DNA from: Phyllobates terribilis
Taxonomy: Eukaryota
NCBI RefSeq assembly: GCF_046119375.1
Contig: NW_027362763.1
Coordinates: 470,518,001 to 470,582,000 of the forward strand
Direction: 5' to 3'
Length of the DNA stretch: 64,000 bases
This document shows, one piece after another, positions 58,434 through 64,000 of this stretch. Position numbers and translations under genes: made by a program. Every line of letters begins with the position of its first letter. The stretch's first letter is position 1. The notes below the pieces were generated by a model. The model ran no database searches, was not told the DNA's origin, and saw only the letters and a program-made list of their open reading frames with translations.

Positions 58434-59222
58434 TAATGAAAGCTATCCCACCAGCGACAAGGTGAACCCATTCGGGATAGAACGTCATACTATTTTTGAT
58501 CAAAAACTTTGACACATGGTAAAGTTTTTAATATTAGACAGAGTAGGTTCTATCCCGAATGGGTTCACCTTGTCGCTGGTGGGACAGCTTTCATACTATT
58601 TTTGATCAAAAACAGTGTTACTAAGAACCCTATTTTATTTAAATGCACTTGATTTTTATTTATTTACAGCAGGGTTTATTTTCATTTTGCTTCTTGTAGG
58701 TTTTTCTGATTTATGGCCATTGTGAAACATGCACTTATGTGCTGCATGTATACCATCTTAAGCCAAGCTTAAATTTTGTGTTTTAACACAAGGTAATGGA
58801 GATCCGGCTTACTAGAAGCAATGATGCTTTTCTCTGGGGCGAGCTTGGTCACAGCTCTCCTCCCCAGGTTCTCCCTCGTCTTTTTCTCACTCTCCTCCGT
58901 CCCCAACTGACTCTCCTCCGTCTCCAACTGACTCTATTAACCCCCGCCACAGGGACCCAATTTAAAGGGGAAGCTCCCCTGAAACTGGGTTAGAGCTCCC
59001 CCTTCTGGTCTGGAGCCAGGAAAAGTTTGGATGCTGGTGTTACCTGATAAGGGGACCCCTCCTTGCTTCCAGGCATGGCAAGGGAGGCAATGCCAAAGTG
59101 GCAACGGACTCATCAGCATTAGCGTTTTTATGCCCCGCCCGATACTTGATGGTTAACTCGTAGTTGGACAACCGGGCCATCCATCGCTTCTCCAGCGCAC
59201 CTAGCTTCGCCATTTCAAGGTG
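58434..59222. other. Rearranged junction between F1 and F2: 48-bp inverted repeat, F LTR fragments (~58790-59110) and an inverted pol piece (59111-59222)
   Basis: 58436-58483 and 58547-58594 match at 47 of 48 positions as inverted repeats. 59111-59222 is the reverse complement of ~59523-59635. Confidence 0.8.
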
Positions 59223-62200
59223 GCTCTTACGGGAGACGAAGTCTTAGCCTACCTCGACTATGGCCAACCCTTTATACTCTATACAGATGCCAGCATTTGG
59301 GATTGGGATGGGATTGGGAGCGGTGCTGTCCCAGGTACAGCAAGGCAGAGAGAGAGTGATTGCCTACACCAGCAGGAAGCTCCGTCCCACGGAAAGGAAC
59401 CCTGACAACTATAGTTCCGTTAAGTTGGAGTTTCTAGCCATAGTCTGGGCTATAACAGAGCGCTTCAAACACTACCTGGCTTCAGTGAAGTTTACCATTT
59501 TCACAGACAATAATCCACTGACCCACCTTGAAACGGCGAAACTAGGTGCGCTGGAGCAGCGATGGATGGCCCAGCTGTCCAACTATGAGTTTACCATCAA
59601 GTATCGGGCGGGGCATAAAAACGCTAATGCTGATGCGCTGTCCAGGATGCCCGTCTTGCCAGATGGGGGAGAAGACCCGGAAGAGCTGGAGGAGATAGAG
59701 CTACAGGCTTTCCATCATCACGGGGTGACCCAGTGCTCCCACTGTGTGAGGGAAAAGTGCTCCGCCAACAGAGAGGCCACATTTAACCCATTGACCCACC
59801 ATAGATGTGCAGAGACGCAGGATAGCGACCCGGCTGTCCGCCTAGTAAAGGAGTTGCTGACACAAACTGACTTGCACCCTGGTCCTGATCCTCCACAGGA
59901 GACCCAACAGTTGTAGAAGGAGAAGGGCAAGCTGTTCATCTACGAGGGAAAGCTGTGTCGGAGAAGCATCAACTCTCGGACACACAAACTGGTCTGGCAG
60001 GTGGTAGTCCCGAAGCGGGATGCGCCAATGGTCTTAGAGGCGTACCACGATGGAGCAGGACACTTTGGGTGGAAGAAGTTGGAAGTCCTGCTACGTGAGC
60101 GATTCTACTGGGTTGGCATGAGGAAAGCAATTGAGAGATGGTATCAAGAATGTGGTCCATGCAACCTGAGACGGAAAGACCATGATAGCCAGAGGGCTCC
60201 CCTGCAGCCCATAGTCACCAAACAACCACTTGAACTGGTAGCCTTGGACCACGTGAAGCTAGTCCCAAGCTGGTCAGGCTATTTCTACACTCTCACCATA
60301 GTAGACAGCTACTCTCCATTCCTGGTAGTAGTGCCAGTGAAAGATTAGACGGCTAAGACGGCAGCCAAAGCGTTTCAACAACACTTTTGTCGTCCGCACG
60401 GTTACCCTGAACAAGTGCTTACCAACCAAGGTACAGCCTTTGAAGCAGAAGTGTTTCAGGAGTTCTGTAACTTGTACGGCTGCAAGAAAATAATGACGAC
60501 ACCGTATCATCCCCAGACCAATGGGTTATGCGAGAAAATGAACCAGGTAGTAATAGACCTGTTGAAGATGCTGCCCCTTGAAGAGAGTAGCCTGTGGCCA
60601 GAGAAGATACCGGATTTGGTAGACCTATATAACCACATCCCGGTGAACTCCACCAACTGTACACCCGCCTACCTGATGAGGGCAAGACCTGGCAAGTTAC
60701 CCATTGACTTAGACATGGGAGTTTTAACACCTGAGACGACATCACCAGATGTAGACTGGGATACAGAGCGGCAGCAACAATATGGCAAGGTGCAAGAACG
60801 TGTAGAGAGAAGTTTGTCCCAGGCGAGACAGAGGCAGGAAAGAACTTATAATCAGCACGCACCTGCAGTTCCCTTGTCACCTGGAGAACAGGTACTCAAA
60901 AGGAAGAGACGGGTTCACAAATTAGACGATCAGTGTGAGGTTGAGCCATACACCGTCTTACCTTCAAATTTCGACAACACCAATGTATGCCTCATCAGTA
61001 AAGATGGAGGAGAGACTTCAGCGACAGTCTCAAGAGACCACCTAAAGATATGCCCTGATCAATTGAGACACCAACAGGAATACCAAAACAGCACCCAGCA
61101 CACAGAAAAAGTGGAAGAGACGGTCCAAACCATCCTTGGAGAATTTCCCCGGTCTTGGATGCAGGTGAACCAAGCAATCATGGTACCTGTCCTGACCTTT
61201 CCCCAAGTAGCCTTACCAGAAGCCGCAGAGACTCTAGAACAGTTAGGAGACCAGACGGCCCCAGCAACAGATGCCACAACCGCAGTGGAACGAGTGAATC
61301 TACCCCCTGCTAGCGGTGAATCTGTCAGTCCCATGGTGAGTTTAGGAGTTCGCAGAAGGCAATCTGGTTTACCAGTACTACGTAGGCCCACAAGTAGCGT
61401 AGTGAATAGTGCACCCACCACAGCAGCGGTAGACACCAGTGACCCGGGTAGGTCATTAGCAATAACTGTACTGCGTAGATCAACCCGTAGTACCAGAGGT
61501 CAGCTCCCTGCCCATTATAGGGACTAAAGTGTAATAATATAATAGTGTATATTATATATAATTGAAGCCGTTAAGCATGAGAGCCTACAGAGACTTCCTG
61601 TAAGAACTTTTAAGCAATCGTGAGTGCATATAGTTATTATATGTATGGACAAATGGACCACAAGACTAGATGTGGTCAGAATAATATTGAGTAAAGTTAA
61701 TTGCTAGCCTTGAAAATAAACCGCAGGTGTGGCCGAAAACCAGGCCCACCGACAGAGTGCCCTGAAGCCACGCCCAAGGATGATACACGAAGTGGGATAA
61801 GGTGGTTCCCACCAACCAACCTTTAGGTACCCGGAAAAAGACAATTCCCGGATAGCGGCGTAAAGAATAAGCGCCGCAATGACTGCTCCCAATTTTTGTT
61901 TGTTTGTTTTTTGCTCTGTAATTTTTGCCTTTTTGAGATTTTGTAAATTCTTGATAATATAAATCGTTATTGTTGTTAATTGTTTAACTCTAAAGGTGTC
62001 CTCAGTCCGGGAGTACTGAATTTAACTAGGGATGTATGTGGCACCCCAGGAGTCCGGTTGCCACATTGGCATTGCTTTCCTCACAGGGGGTGATGCCATG
62101 CCTGGAAGCAAGGAGAGGTCCACTTATCAGGTAACACCAGCCTCCAACACTTTTCCTGGCTCCAGTCCAGAATGGGGAGCTCTAACCCGGTTTCAGGGGA

Positions 62201-62580
62201 GCTTCCCCTTTAAATTGGGGCCTGGAGGCGGGGGTTAGGGGAGTCAGTTGGAGACGGAGGAGAGTCAGTTGGGGACAGAGGAGAGCGAGTGGAAGACGAG
62301 GGAGAACCTGGGGAGGAGAGCTGTGACCAAGCTTGCCCCAGAGAAAAGCGCTAGAAACCGGACACCGGAGTCCATGGTTGCTCGGGTACTGAAGTCCCGG
62401 CAGCTAAATCCGGAGGGCAGGAGTCTCCTGGCCCCACCAAACACCCGGCGGCTCAGCAGCATACTAGAGCCCAGAGCCGCCATGAAGGAGCGACACCTGT
62501 TAAAGGCTCAAGCTGCCTGCCATACGGGCTAGGATTGAATGATCACTCAGGAAAGAGGGCCGCAGCATAGCTTTAGGCAG
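59223..62580 (+). mobile_element. Gypsy F2 remnant: pol RH-IN (59223-61527), 3' UTR, and 3' LTR starting at 62038 (truncated at ~62580)
   Basis: LGAVLSQVQQGRERVIAYTSRKL; HDGAGH...YQEC; TNQGTAFEAEVF. A few stops. Pol is closely related to that of Gypsy D. Confidence 0.9.
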
Positions 62581-63639
62581 CAGGCATCGCTTCCGGTGGC
62601 AGCTGGATTTAAAAGTGTACAGAGTGGAACAGCTTCTGTTGAAGAGAAAAGGACCTGATCTTCTGTACCCAGCATTGGCTACTAAACAATGTGCGGAGTT
62701 GTGGCATTCCACTGTGTACACTGTTTCATCAATAAAAAAATAATGGATAACCCCTTTAAACTAAAAGTTAAGTCAAGTGGAGAATCCAGAAGGATTATTA
62801 TGCCTTTATTTGCTATCTATATGCTATTTTAGGTTCCTTAATTTCTTCTATGCTAGAGGCAAGCTTTAACAAAGACAGTTTGCTGCTCCTTTACAACCGT
62901 TCCACCCTGCTTTCTGGTCCAAATGCAGCAGGAACATCTAATAGGGGCATAGAGTTCTTATTATGGTGTTACGTGTTACATGCAGAGTATATGCAGGGAT
63001 GAACACAGCATGGCTATGTTCCTAATAAAACCTTACAATAATGAATAGCCTTGTAAAGATGGAATAAACATTGATAAACTTAGAATATGAAAGAGATGCT
63101 AAATTAAAGCAGTACATGTAAAAGTAATGCATTAAATAATGAAGATAATGTACATAATTGCTGTCTGCATTTGCTGTCTCTGTCTGCATTTATGGTGACC
63201 TTAAAAGACTTCCAGACACATGGCCGTAGCTTACATGTGGCTAGAAATCCCATTTCTGATGCTGCCCTCAAAGAACACAGACTTCTGTAATTAAATCGTC
63301 ACTAAACAGTGAGTAGAACTCATACATTTGATTCATTAGCTGCCATTGCCCCACACATTGCCTATATTGCTTAAATGAAGAGCTGAAGGACAACAATCTA
63401 CTTGTGAATTTTAATATAATTTCCCAATACCTGTTATGTCAGGACAAGGTTAGATAAGTTTACTTTTTTTATATATATATATATCACAGCTGTTTGGCTA
63501 TAATTGTGGTCATCTAGTTCACTAAATGTATTAATATGTATATCGTTCATAAATTAACACAAATTAACAGAGAAAGGAATCACATTACTGATAGAAAACA
63601 ATCCTCATGACTCAAATAGCTGTTTTACCAACAAAGTTC

Positions 63640-64000
63640 ATATTTAAACGTGTTGTCCAAAACTCTGACAACCCCTTTTTAATTGCTATATTCCCCCTTA
63701 TAAAATAATAACAGCATACACTCACCTCCGATGCCAGCACTGTTTCAGTGATCACAACACTAGGTCTCCCAGGGCTTGCATGACATTGTTATGCCATGTG
63801 AGCCCTGCAGCCACTTGGTGGCTGATATCCTCTCACTTCCTTCTGAGGTGGCTGAGATTTGGAGGAAGTCAAAGAGTAGCAGTGGTTCTCACTTCATCCA
63901 GGTGTCAGTTTTATCTAAATAAAGTGAGCGGGAATAGGCTGCTGATTGGCTGGGTCTCACATGGCATAACAATGTCATGCAAGCCCCGGGAGACCTAATG
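63640..64000. mobile_element. Probable non-autonomous DNA transposon/MITE fragment, open at the window end
   Basis: gttgtcc...gacaacccc and atactcacc motifs, and an internal inverted match (catgacattgttatgcca / tggcataacaatgtcatg). Family not assigned. Confidence 0.4.

Noticed and set aside
63235-63284. Possible 50-nt minus-strand host exon (ttacag|...|gtaagc)
   Set aside because: Weak polypyrimidine tract, no recognisable peptide and no partner exons; needs RNA-seq.

Overview
This is eukaryotic, repeat-saturated DNA with no supportable host gene. The transposon repertoire suggests a vertebrate, probably an anuran amphibian (inference). In order: (1) a 6.4-kb G-rich ~31-bp minisatellite; (2) a Tc1 transposon split by a decayed chromodomain Ty3/Gypsy element (A, minus strand), itself split by a second one (B, plus strand); (3) a tRNA-Ser-primed Gypsy (C, minus) interrupted by a 1.8-kb solo LTR (E); (4) two more solo LTRs, a second Tc1 with ~240-bp TIRs, MITEs, a hammerhead-ribozyme-like motif and a remnant of an unclassified Cys-rich transposase; (5) two inverted copies of a Gypsy family (F1/F2) joined by a scrambled palindromic junction. 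F1 carries a 9.4-kb hAT element (16-bp TIR, 8-bp TSD), which in turn carries a young, intact Gypsy (D: 972-bp LTRs about 99.6% identical, open gag and pol). The strongest second-look signals are RNA-level or structural: the minimal hammerhead motif, Tf1-type self-priming complementarity in A, B and E, a -1 frameshift site with a predicted pseudoknot in D, tandem hairpin arrays inside LTRs, a 28-bp micro-inversion that flips a Tc1 start codon, and an antisense degenerate transposase copy inside the hAT. I found no clearly new biological system; most findings are instances or variants of known mechanisms. All identities and structures were estimated by eye.
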